Positions 9,677-18,483 of a DNA stretch of 64,000 bases are shown here, piece after piece. Source of the stretch: a virus; the IMG/VR virus record IMGVR_UViG_3300045918_000145, positions 3,872 through 67,871 of that record; one strand, written 5' to 3'. How positions within the stretch are numbered: position 1 is the first letter of the stretch; every line of letters begins with the position of its first letter. Under the pieces are notes generated by a model. That model did not search any database. It saw only the letters and a program-made list of their open reading frames with translations, and was not told where the DNA came from. A program made the translations under genes and the position numbers.

Positions 9677-10222
9677 ATGCATTACTATATTGGTATTGAT
9701 AATGGAGTTACAGGATCTATTTGTATTTTAAATGAGAATGGGTCTTGTCTACACTATGCACCAACACCTGTTAAACAAACTCTCAATTACACAAAAGAGA
9801 AAGAGTTCATAATGCGTGTAGTTGTAAAAGATATGGCCGAATTACTTATGCCATATAGAGAAGGAACAGTTGTACTGGAACGCCCTATGCTTAATCCATT
9901 ACGGTGGACTGCTTCTGTATCAGCTATACGTTGTGATGAAGCTACCAGAGGAGTAATTGAAGCTCTTGGTATGAAGTTAATCTATGTAGATTCTAAAGAG
10001 TGGCAATCTGAAATGCTACCTAATAGGAAAGCTATTTCAAGACTTCCTAAAGGATCTACAAATGAAGCCAAGAAAGCTCAGGCTAAACTGACTGCAGCCT
10101 ATGCAGCAGAGACTAAGAAACTGTCGCTCATGTGTGCTCAACGACTATTTCCTAATCTTGAATTTAAGAAAGATGGAGATGCTGCTCTTATAGCTGAGTG
10201 GGTTAGAAAGAATAAATTATAA
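9677..10222 (+). CDS. RuvC-like Holliday junction resolvase
   Basis: IGIDNGVTG, VLERP and DGDAALIA acidic motifs of the RNase H fold. Confidence 0.75.
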   Translation: MHYYIGIDNGVTGSICILNENGSCLHYAPTPVKQTLNYTKEKEFIMRVVVKDMAELLMPYREGTVVLERPMLNPLRWTASVSAIRCDEATRGVIEALGMKLIYVDSKEWQSEMLPNRKAISRLPKGSTNEAKKAQAKLTAAYAAETKKLSLMCAQRLFPNLEFKKDGDAALIAEWVRKNKL

Positions 10223-10223
10223 G

Positions 10224-10247
10224 CAGCCTCCGGCTGTTCATTTGCTT
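10224..10247 (+). promoter_or_regulatory. Hairpin motif GCC-TCC-GGC-N9-GCTT, copy 2
   Basis: CAGCC-TCC-GGCTG stem; GCTT at the same spacing. Confidence 0.55.
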
Positions 10248-10269
10248 GTTCAATTTAAAGGAGAATAAG

Positions 10270-10443
10270 ATGAGTGCATTAACACAAAAGCTTAAAAAAG
10301 AAATATGTGATGTATTAAAAGAGTTTACTTTAGACTCTGGTGAATGTGTATCTGAAATAATGATTGGCCCTTTTACCGATGATGGTAATTATCAAATACG
10401 AGTTACTCTTGAATCAGGTGAGGTAATTACAGATGAAACATAG
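10270..10443 (+). CDS. Hypothetical protein
   Basis: ATG after AAGGAG. Confidence 0.55.
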   Translation: MSALTQKLKKEICDVLKEFTLDSGECVSEIMIGPFTDDGNYQIRVTLESGEVITDET

Positions 10444-10699
10444 TGCAGCATTGAAAGTAAAACCAGGTGAGCTATTAGCTCTTAACCTAAACAAAGATGG
10501 AATACTTTGGGAAGTGGTCAGTATTATGTTTCCTACATTTACTGTTCAGGAAGCTGGTACAATCTATCGTCCTAAAGCTATTGGTTACTGGTACTTTTCT
10601 AAACCAACTAAAGCTCAGTTTAATGCATACAATAAACGAAGGGAGAAATACTATGGGAACAGTGACTCTGAAACCAGTACAGCCAGTACCAGTTTCTGA
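10433..10699 (+). CDS. Hypothetical protein
   Basis: GAGG RBS; overlaps its neighbours. Confidence 0.55.
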   Translation: MKHSAALKVKPGELLALNLNKDGILWEVVSIMFPTFTVQEAGTIYRPKAIGYWYFSKPTKAQFNAYNKRREKYYGNSDSETSTASTSF

Positions 10700-10943
10700 A
10701 GAAGTAATTATGATAGGAACTGCACGACTAGGTACAGTTAAAACTATAACTGATCAATCTAGTTTTAAATTTCATGTAATTCTTGAATCCAAAAACATGT
10801 GGAGTATCTATCAAGGATTTGGACAAACAGTTGATGAAGCAATGCGAGATGCTATTGAGAAAAATAGAGATCGTAGGTTTCAAGAAATAAATGAACTTGA
10901 AACACTTGAAAATATCATCTGGGGGGATCATGAAATTAACTAA
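10653..10943 (+). CDS. Hypothetical protein
   Basis: Start refined to the ATG after GGGAG (MGTVTLKP...). Confidence 0.5.
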   Translation: MGTVTLKPVQPVPVSEEVIMIGTARLGTVKTITDQSSFKFHVILESKNMWSIYQGFGQTVDEAMRDAIEKNRDRRFQEINELETLENIIWGDHEIN

Positions 10944-11922
10944 TAGCAAGAACATAGGTCTGTCTATGGCTGTCTTTCTAGCGCATGACGACTATGACTA
11001 TGACCCAAGACCAAACGTACTCTCAGCGACCACTCTACAGAAGTCTGTAAGACAGATCATATTGGCTAAACGTATAGAGTCAACTGACATGTCAATGGAT
11101 ATCAGCTCAATGGTAGCCTCTTCTTTTGGTACAGCTGTTCACGATGCTGTTGAGAAAGCATGGTCAGAGAAACGCTATATGAAGGCCATGAAGAAGCTTG
11201 GATACTCTGCAGATACCATCGCTAGAATTAAAGTTAATCCTATGCCAGAGGAACTAACAGAAGACACTATTGCTATCTATGTTGAACAACGTAGTGAGCG
11301 TAAGTTAGGTGCTTGGATTATTGTAGGTAAGTTTGACTTTGTAGGTGACGGTCAACTTGAAGACCATAAAAGCACTGGTGTCTATACCTACATGAAGAAA
11401 ACCAACAATGAAAAGTATCGTCAGCAAGGATCTGTTTATCGCTGGCTTAATCCAAAGATAATTACTCGTGATCAGATGCTTATCAATTTCATCTTTACAG
11501 ACTTCTCAAAACTGAAAGCTGCTCTTGAAAAAGATAAAGGTTACCCACCAGAGCGTCTTATGGATATGCCAGTAGCTTTGATGTCATTGAGTGAAACTGA
11601 AAAATGGATTAATGATAAACTGAAACTAATTGATACAAATTTCAATGTAGCTGAACCAGATCTTCCATTATGTAATCAGCAGGAACTCTGGCAGGATGAC
11701 ACAGTTTACGCTTACTACAAAAGCGGAGATTCAGATAAGTCTACCAAGAATTTTGATAACTTTTCTGAAGCTCAGATGCGTTTAAACAAAGATGGCGGAT
11801 CTGGTATTATCAAGATTCGCAAAGGTGCAGTTAAATACTGTGCTTGGTGTGTTGCTGCATCTATATGTTCACAGTGTCAGCAGCTTATTGCTGATGGTTC
11901 ATTTAATCCTGAAGGAGCTTAA
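10930..11922 (+). CDS. PD-(D/E)XK exonuclease (N4 gp42-like)
   Basis: FGTAVHDAVE, GKFDF, EDHKST and a C-terminal C..C...C cluster; start refined. Confidence 0.85.
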   Translation: MKLTNSKNIGLSMAVFLAHDDYDYDPRPNVLSATTLQKSVRQIILAKRIESTDMSMDISSMVASSFGTAVHDAVEKAWSEKRYMKAMKKLGYSADTIARIKVNPMPEELTEDTIAIYVEQRSERKLGAWIIVGKFDFVGDGQLEDHKSTGVYTYMKKTNNEKYRQQGSVYRWLNPKIITRDQMLINFIFTDFSKLKAALEKDKGYPPERLMDMPVALMSLSETEKWINDKLKLIDTNFNVAEPDLPLCNQQELWQDDTVYAYYKSGDSDKSTKNFDNFSEAQMRLNKDGGSGIIKIRKGAVKYCAWCVAASICSQCQQLIADGSFNPEGA

Positions 11923-11924
11923 CT

Positions 11925-12116
11925 ATGAAACTAAAAACGATTAAACCAATGGAGACTCGTAAAGACTCTATTAGTTTTGTAATCGAATTTGAACCAAGAC
12001 TTAAACGTAATGTTGGTATTGGTTATGTTGATGAGGGTGCAGCATCACTAGATGATTTTAAAAAGCATCCAATAGTTGAACGATCTTGGCTAGACATAAA
12101 GGAGTTTTCAAAATGA
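11925..12116 (+). CDS. Hypothetical protein
   Basis: AGGAG RBS. Confidence 0.5.
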   Translation: MKLKTIKPMETRKDSISFVIEFEPRLKRNVGIGYVDEGAASLDDFKKHPIVERSWLDIKEFSK

Positions 12117-14293
12117 AAGATCTATCCACACTGACATTCCATCCAACCTCAGAGAAACTGGTAGAGTTATTGTGTGAAAAGACACAGAACTCAAATCCTC
12201 AGTTCTTTCGTATGATGGTTTGCTATTACATCTGTAAAATGGCATCCAGCATGAGAGTAACCATTAGTACAAAAGACCGTGGCGAAATACCAATTAACTT
12301 CTACGGCATCAATCTGGGTGTTAGTGGTATTGGTAAAGGTCATAGTACTAACATTCTTGAAGATCAAGTAATTGATAAATTCAAGGGTACTTTTTTTGAT
12401 GCAACACTTGTCAAAGTAGCGGAGGCTAACCTTAAAGTACTATCTGTTAAACGGATGAATATTCATAACAATAATCCAAACCTAACAACTCCTATGATGG
12501 ATTTTGATGAAGCACATGCACAGGTTACTAAAGAGTATGAATCTCTTGGTAAGCTTGCTTTCTCATTTGACTCAGGAACTACCGCTGCTGTAAAGCAGAT
12601 GAGGCATAAATTGCTCATGTCCGGTATTGGAGCTATGAATCTTGAGATGGATGAAATAGGTTCTAACCTTCTTGGTAATGTGGATGTTCTAGGAACATTC
12701 CTTGAGCTGTTTGATGTTGGTAAAGTCAAACAGAAGTTAACCAAGAATACAAAAGAATCTGTACGATCAGAAGAGATTGACGGTAAGACTCCTACCAATC
12801 TTATGCTCTTTGGTACTCCAGCTAAACTACTTGATGGAGCTAAGACAGAAGATGAGTTCTGGTCATTCATATCTACTGGCTACGGTAGACGTTGCTTTTT
12901 TGGCTACACTAAAGGCAGTGGTAGAAACAAAAGTCTTACTGCCAATGATGTTTATGACAAACTGACTAGTGTACAATCAGACCAACTGATGACATCGTTG
13001 TCTAATCAGTTTGCTGCTCTTGCTGCAGAAGTTAACTACAACAAGAAGCTACAGGTGTCTAAAGATGTAAGTCTACTGTTGATCAGCTACAAACTTCATT
13101 GTGAAGACCAGGCGGATAGACTAGGTGAACATGAAGAGATGCTTAAAGCTGAACTGTCACATCGTTATTTCAAAGCTCTGAAGCTTGCAGGAGGATTCGC
13201 TTTTGTAGATGGTCATGGTGAGATTACTGAAGACAACATGTATCATGCAATAGCTATGGCTGAAGAGTCTGGTAAAGCATTTAAGCTAATGCTCAATCAA
13301 GATAAGAACTATGTCAAGCTTGCAAAGTATATTGCCAGCATAGGCAGAGAAGTCACTCATGTTGACCTTACAGAGAGCTTATCCTTCTACAAAGGAGCAC
13401 TTTCTCAGAAGTCAGATCTTATGCAACTAGCTGTAGCTTGGGGCTATAAGAATTCAGTTATTATCAAACGTAAGATTGACAACAACATTGAATTCATAAC
13501 TGGTGAGAAACTGACTGAAACCAATCTTGAAGAAATGTATCTGTCACACAGTAAAGACATCGCCGTTGACTATGACAATGTACTTGCTCCATTTGATAGA
13601 CTTGTTGATCTTGTTAAAATGAAAGATCATCACTGGTGCAGTCATCATTCTACAAATGGCAGACGTTCAGAAGAGAATCTTGCACCTGGATTTAATCTGG
13701 TAGTATTGGATGTGGACGGTGGAACTAAACTCGAAACAGTTAAAATTCTACTCAAGGATTTTAAATACATAATCCATACAACCAAACGTCACACCCCGCA
13801 TGACCACAGATTCAGAGTAATCATGCCTACCAACTACATTCTGAAATTGAATGACACGGACTTTAAAGAGTTCATGCGTAACATCTACGAATGGCTTCCA
13901 TTTGACTCTGATACTGAAACTGGTCAACGTGCTCGTAAGTGGGCTACCACAGATGGTTGTGAAGTGTTTACCAATGATGGTGAATCACTTGATGCTTTAC
14001 TATTTATTCCTCGTACCAGCAAGAATGATGAGCGTCAGAAGATCATCCTCAACCACCAGGATATGACAAGCATGGAGCGTTGGTTTGTTACTAAGATGGA
14101 AACAGGTAACAGAAACAATCAGCTGATAAAATATGCTTTGATGCTGGTTGATGCCGGTTATCAATATGTTGACATTGAACTGAAAGTAAACCAGTTAAAT
14201 CAGAAACTCGAATCACCACTGTCTCCTGAAGAACTAAAGACAACTGTATTTCAAACCAGTTATAAAAAATACATTCAACAGGGAGGACAATAA
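12113..14293 (+). CDS. DNA primase (N4 gp43-like) with C-terminal PriCT-like domain
   Basis: SGIGKG, EMDEIGSNL, VVLDVDGG, HTTKRH, GNRNNQL; synteny. Confidence 0.88.
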   Translation: MKDLSTLTFHPTSEKLVELLCEKTQNSNPQFFRMMVCYYICKMASSMRVTISTKDRGEIPINFYGINLGVSGIGKGHSTNILEDQVIDKFKGTFFDATLVKVAEANLKVLSVKRMNIHNNNPNLTTPMMDFDEAHAQVTKEYESLGKLAFSFDSGTTAAVKQMRHKLLMSGIGAMNLEMDEIGSNLLGNVDVLGTFLELFDVGKVKQKLTKNTKESVRSEEIDGKTPTNLMLFGTPAKLLDGAKTEDEFWSFISTGYGRRCFFGYTKGSGRNKSLTANDVYDKLTSVQSDQLMTSLSNQFAALAAEVNYNKKLQVSKDVSLLLISYKLHCEDQADRLGEHEEMLKAELSHRYFKALKLAGGFAFVDGHGEITEDNMYHAIAMAEESGKAFKLMLNQDKNYVKLAKYIASIGREVTHVDLTESLSFYKGALSQKSDLMQLAVAWGYKNSVIIKRKIDNNIEFITGEKLTETNLEEMYLSHSKDIAVDYDNVLAPFDRLVDLVKMKDHHWCSHHSTNGRRSEENLAPGFNLVVLDVDGGTKLETVKILLKDFKYIIHTTKRHTPHDHRFRVIMPTNYILKLNDTDFKEFMRNIYEWLPFDSDTETGQRARKWATTDGCEVFTNDGESLDALLFIPRTSKNDERQKIILNHQDMTSMERWFVTKMETGNRNNQLIKYALMLVDAGYQYVDIELKVNQLNQKLESPLSPEELKTTVFQTSYKKYIQQGGQ

Positions 14294-14688
14294 TGATTTG
14301 GAATGATTACGAGATAAAAGTAAAAGCTATTCCTAAAGAACAGTTTAATTCTAAAGAATACGTAACAGAACGCATTGGTGTCTTCGTTGGTACGCAAGTT
14401 CAAATAAACGTTGAACGAGCACGACTTGTTATAGAAGCCAAAGAAAAAGAATTGGATATCAGGACACGGTACTATGCACAATATAATGCTATCATGGCTG
14501 AATACAAAACTAAACTCTATGGTGACTATAACCTATCAGTAGAGATACTTGATATGGCTTACGCTCATGCATACGAAAGAGGCCATTCATCAGGATACTC
14601 TGAAATAGAAGGCATCTTTTATGAAGTGATAAGTGATTACGCAAAAGCATACGATCTTGGTTTAAAGGACGGTAGAAATGGTAAATAA
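14293..14688 (+). CDS. Hypothetical protein
   Basis: GGAGG RBS; AYERGHSSG motif. Confidence 0.65.
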   Translation: MIWNDYEIKVKAIPKEQFNSKEYVTERIGVFVGTQVQINVERARLVIEAKEKELDIRTRYYAQYNAIMAEYKTKLYGDYNLSVEILDMAYAHAYERGHSSGYSEIEGIFYEVISDYAKAYDLGLKDGRNGK

Positions 14689-15397
14689 CAATCTCGTACT
14701 CATATGTGGAACAAGCGGAGGAGGCAAATCAGCCTCACTCCGTAACATTCCTGATCCTGCAGGAGTGATCTATCTTAACTGCGAATCTGGTAAACTTCTG
14801 CCATTCGCGTCTAAGTTTAAGTCACTCACTATCACTGATCCTATGGATGTATATCAGGCTTTCACAGAAGCTGAAAGTATGCCAGCCATACACACTATAG
14901 TAGTTGACAGTGTGACATTCCTCATGGACATGTTTGAGAGCGTCTATGTAATTGGCGCATCTGACACTATGAAGATGTGGGGAGAGTATCAACAGTTCTT
15001 TAAGAATCTGATGCAACAGCACGTAGCTAAATCGACTAAGAATGTCATCTTCACAGCCCATACTCTTAACGTACTCAATGAAAATGAAATGGTTGTTGAG
15101 TGTAAAGTTCCTATCAAAGGAGCACTTAAGAACAACGGATTGGAAGCCTATTTCTCAACAGTCGTTACGGCTCGTAAGATAAGCATTAAAGGACTGAAGG
15201 ACTATCAGAATGAAAATCTGATTATTACTCCTGAAGAAGAGATGCTTGGTTTCAAATATGTATATCAAACCAAGATAACCAAGGAAACCATTAACCATAG
15301 GATTAGATCTTCTATGGGTCTATGGTCTACTGCTGAAACATTCATTGATAATGATGCTCAGATTCTTTTGAATAGGTTACATAAGTATCATTCCTGA
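14678..15397 (+). CDS. AAA ATPase, Sak4-like (N4 gp44-like)
   Basis: GTSGGGKS Walker A, IVVDSVTF Walker B. Confidence 0.88.
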   Translation: MVNNNLVLICGTSGGGKSASLRNIPDPAGVIYLNCESGKLLPFASKFKSLTITDPMDVYQAFTEAESMPAIHTIVVDSVTFLMDMFESVYVIGASDTMKMWGEYQQFFKNLMQQHVAKSTKNVIFTAHTLNVLNENEMVVECKVPIKGALKNNGLEAYFSTVVTARKISIKGLKDYQNENLIITPEEEMLGFKYVYQTKITKETINHRIRSSMGLWSTAETFIDNDAQILLNRLHKYHS

Positions 15398-15409
15398 TTA
15401 CACGAACAT

Positions 15410-16270
15410 CCTTGGGGCGATAACAGTCTCCCCTGAAGATATGAGATAAGGCGGCATCCATTGATACCAATAATAATGGTAGGCCATAGAAGGACTCTGG
15501 CGAAGGAAAGTCGGTAACTAAACCTGACAGCCTGGAAATAGACAGGAACGCGGTGATAGCACTAGAGAAAGAGATTGGGAGCGAAAGGCAGTGAGACTCT
15601 GCGGCTCTAGTGCTTTCATGCATTATTACAGTTTGGGTTACACCCCAAGAACGGAGATTGCCGCGTAAGCAAAGCGTCGTTGGTATAAGGTGTAACCCAA
15701 TTCAATTTGGATAAAGTGATTGAGGGCATAAGATAGAGGCGGATTCTATTAACTTAGACGGCTGAACAATGAGCGACCTCAGCTTTATCCAAATAAATAT
15801 GGCAGGGTTAGACAATGCTGAATGATTTCTCCACTCTTAATATAGATTTACGGTGTGTATCTATGAGAGAAATGTATGATACATCATTCAGTCCCGATAG
15901 GCGGGAAAACGTCAGGTGAGAGAGAAACTCATCGAGTACGGTAGAATCCGTACCTAGTGGCAATGAGACACTGCTACACAGGGATCAATACTCCAGAAGA
16001 AATGCGAGCCTATCAGCCATTATAAAAAAGTAACTCAACTCTTCCCCCTCTCGGAACACATGGGAACGCCTGACAGACTGAAGAGGTCAATGGCAGGACG
16101 TGGACTAGGCACGAAGCATGTGGGTTGACCGTGAAACCGATAAGGATACCTAGGAAGCACACGGATGTAGGCGGAGCCTGACCGAAATCTGACGCAACAA
16201 TAAGTAACAGTACACTTAGGGGCTAAAGAATCTGTGACCTAGCTGGTATCCAGAGTGAATCCAGCAACTA
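15410..16270 (+). ncRNA. Large structured ncRNA or array of ncRNA domains, family unassigned
   Basis: Several 10-12 bp closing stems, nested helices and multiple T-loop-like hairpins; no credible ORF on the + strand; strand inferred from the flanking operon. Confidence 0.65.
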
Positions 16271-16287
16271 AACTAAAAGGAGTATAA

Positions 16288-16614
16288 ATGATTGAAGCGT
16301 ACAAAAAAGCAATACTGAACTATGCGAACTTCCAAGGAGTTGCGACACGTTCAGAGTACTGGCTATTCCTGTTGTGCAATGTGCTTATTGGATTCTTTAT
16401 TGGATTCATTGGAGCATTAATATCACCTAATAGTGTTGCACCTATGACAACACTATATCAATTACTTGTTCTTATGCCATCCATATCTTTGACTGTCAGG
16501 CGTACGCATGATTCAAATCATTCTGGCTGGTGGGCATTACTACCAATTGTAAATTTTATCTTTATGTTTTTTCCCTCAGTACCAAGCCGTTACAGAATAA
16601 TTGAAGTTAACTAA
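16288..16614 (+). CDS. DUF805-family inner-membrane protein
   Basis: YANFQGVATRSEYW, SLTVRRTHDSNHSGWW; three hydrophobic segments. Confidence 0.85.
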   Translation: MIEAYKKAILNYANFQGVATRSEYWLFLLCNVLIGFFIGFIGALISPNSVAPMTTLYQLLVLMPSISLTVRRTHDSNHSGWWALLPIVNFIFMFFPSVPSRYRIIEVN

Positions 16615-16659
16615 GCAGTAAACATCGTCCGAGATGTTAAACCACAAAGGAGAAACAAA

Positions 16660-17409
16660 ATGGGATTATTCGACAAAGTATCAACCAGCAGCACAGTGAA
16701 AGCAGAAGTTGACGTAGTACGTGGTCAGAAGAAAGAGCCGTTGGCATCCAACATTTACAATGCAATAATTAAGTATGCCTACGCAATCAAATCGAAAGGA
16801 GGAGCTTTGGGAGTTACAGTTGTACTGACTACTCCTGAAGGACGTGAACTGAAGGAAATTCAGTACATCACATCTGGTGACGCAAAAGGAAACAAAACCT
16901 ATTACGAGAAAGAGAATGCTGAAACCAAAGCAATGGAACAGTTCTCACTTCCAGGTTTTAATGCTATTGATTCACTCTGTCGTCTGGTACTGGGTAAAGG
17001 AGTTCTTGAGTGTGATAACGAAAAACGCACCATCAAACTCTACGACTACGATACAAAAACTGAATTGCCAAAAGAAGTTGATATGCTGATCGACCTCGTT
17101 GGCAAACCAGTAGCTGTAGCTGTTCTAAATCAGATTGAAGATAAGACAGCAAAGAGTGCTCAGACTGGTGCTTATGAGCCAACTGGCAAAACCTACTCAA
17201 CCAACGTAATCGACAAGTACCTTGATGCAGATGATCGTAAGACTGCTCAGGAGAAAGCCAATAACGTTGAAGCCACGTTTGCTGAAGCTTGGCTTACTAA
17301 ATGGAAGGATCAAGTATCCAACCAGTCCACAACTTCTAAAACGGCTGGACAGCCAGGTGCGCCAGCTGCTACTGGGGAGGTAGCAAAAAAGACTAACCTC
17401 TTTGGGTAG
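16660..17409 (+). CDS. ssb: Single-stranded DNA-binding protein / late activator (N4 gp45-like)
   Basis: Synteny; YITSG...GNKTYYE, LPGFN and C-terminal ...LFG typical of N4-type SSB. Confidence 0.8.
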   Translation: MGLFDKVSTSSTVKAEVDVVRGQKKEPLASNIYNAIIKYAYAIKSKGGALGVTVVLTTPEGRELKEIQYITSGDAKGNKTYYEKENAETKAMEQFSLPGFNAIDSLCRLVLGKGVLECDNEKRTIKLYDYDTKTELPKEVDMLIDLVGKPVAVAVLNQIEDKTAKSAQTGAYEPTGKTYSTNVIDKYLDADDRKTAQEKANNVEATFAEAWLTKWKDQVSNQSTTSKTAGQPGAPAATGEVAKKTNLFG

Positions 17410-17473
17410 TCTGCTAGCTTTATTGGCTCGCATACTTGCTGGCTTGACTAGATTCATTTTATATCCAACTGCA

Positions 17474-17504
17474 GTAGAGCTACGTTGCATAAACGTAGCT
17501 CTAC
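17474..17504. repeat. Perfect 13-bp inverted repeat in the intergenic spacer after ssb
   Basis: GTAGAGCTACGTT-gcata-AACGTAGCTCTAC. Confidence 0.85.
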
Positions 17505-17575
17505 TCGTTGGCAGCAAACCAAAATTACAATTGCCATACACGCCAATGTACCAACCACCTAAAAGGAGAAGATTT

Positions 17576-17899
17576 ATGCAAGTTACTTTGAATCAGGCTG
17601 AAATTGAAAAAGCACTTATTAACTATGTAGGACAACAGGGAATCAGTATTACTGGCAAGAACGTGGATGTAACGCTCGTAGCGGGTCGTTCGCCTAATGG
17701 TATGACTGCTAGTATTAATATCTCTAACGATGGTGTCACAGAGGCTAATATCGTTACTACTCGTACCTTTGGATCTGCTACTAATAGCAACAATATTAAT
17801 TGCACTTCCGTAGTTGAAGCATCTGATGTTGCGGGTGAGCCAACACCTGTAGAAGAAGATGAAGCAGTTACTGCTCAGCGTCCTCTGTTTGGTGCATAA
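17576..17899 (+). CDS. N4 gp46-like protein
   Basis: MQVTLNQAEIEKAL... N-terminus, acidic tail, LF end; start refined after AAGGAG. Confidence 0.65.
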   Translation: MQVTLNQAEIEKALINYVGQQGISITGKNVDVTLVAGRSPNGMTASINISNDGVTEANIVTTRTFGSATNSNNINCTSVVEASDVAGEPTPVEEDEAVTAQRPLFGA

Positions 17900-18108
17900 T
17901 GTTCAAAACTTTATTTGATGTTATAAAATCAGCGGTAGTGTTGTTGTTACTCATTGCAGGAATGATGACACTACCATTTTTTATTGTAGCATGTGTTGTT
18001 TTACTGGTTGGCTATGGATTATTTGTAGCCATACACGAATCAAGATTGAAGAAGGAGAGAATGAATGAAGCCAACAAAAACAAAGCAAAAACCACAGCCA
18101 CTGAATAA
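17899..18108 (+). CDS. Small membrane protein
   Basis: Long hydrophobic stretch followed by a basic tail. Confidence 0.55.
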   Translation: MFKTLFDVIKSAVVLLLLIAGMMTLPFFIVACVVLLVGYGLFVAIHESRLKKERMNEANKNKAKTTATE

Positions 18109-18439
18109 CGACTTTGTTATTGCAGAAATGGTTAAAAAGATAACAGTCATCAAGCCAATCAATACAGGAGCAAAATATGATCATGGCAAAGCAAGACATG
18201 ATCTAATTACTCCTGAAATTGAAACTGAAATGGCAGAGATTCTTACTCAAGGTGTAGATGAGTATGGTGAGGAATCTTGGAAGACTATCGAAAATCCAAT
18301 TAAACGCTATACAGCAGCCTTGAAGCGTCATACTAATGCTATGGCAAGGGGTGAATTGATTGACCCTAAATCAGGCAAATACCACGCTTCTCATATAGCA
18401 GTTAATGCTATGTTCCTACAGTACTTTCAAAATAAGTAA
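18065..18439 (+). CDS. dATP/dGTP diphosphohydrolase-domain protein (DUF5664 type)
   Basis: GAKYDHGKARHDLI...YGEESWK...RYTAALKRH...DPKSGKYHASH. Confidence 0.8.
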   Translation: MKPTKTKQKPQPLNNDFVIAEMVKKITVIKPINTGAKYDHGKARHDLITPEIETEMAEILTQGVDEYGEESWKTIENPIKRYTAALKRHTNAMARGELIDPKSGKYHASHIAVNAMFLQYFQNK

Positions 18440-18455
18440 TTTGAGTAATAAAAGT

Positions 18456-18481
18456 AAAAGGGCTGATCACTCAGCCCTTTT
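18456..18481. terminator. Bidirectional rho-independent terminator between the convergent middle and late operons
   Basis: AAAAGGGCTGA-tcac-TCAGCCCTTTT. Confidence 0.85.
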
Positions 18482-18483
18482 GT

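Noticed and set aside
15342-15623. 93-aa minus-strand ORF in the structured region
   Set aside because: It is antisense to the operon, overlaps the ATPase gene and has no recognisable features; the stems are better explained as RNA structure.
15580-16270. tRNA genes suggested by T-loop-like sequences
   Set aside because: No complete cloverleaf with acceptor stem, anticodon arm and GTTCRA was found by eye.
15410-16270. Self-splicing intron or retron
   Set aside because: The flanking genes are intact, no exon is interrupted, and no reverse transcriptase or homing nuclease is present.
18065-18439. Z-genome or 7-deazaguanine DNA modification system
   Set aside because: No PurZ, DatZ, QueC/D/E, FolE or DpdA genes are in the window.
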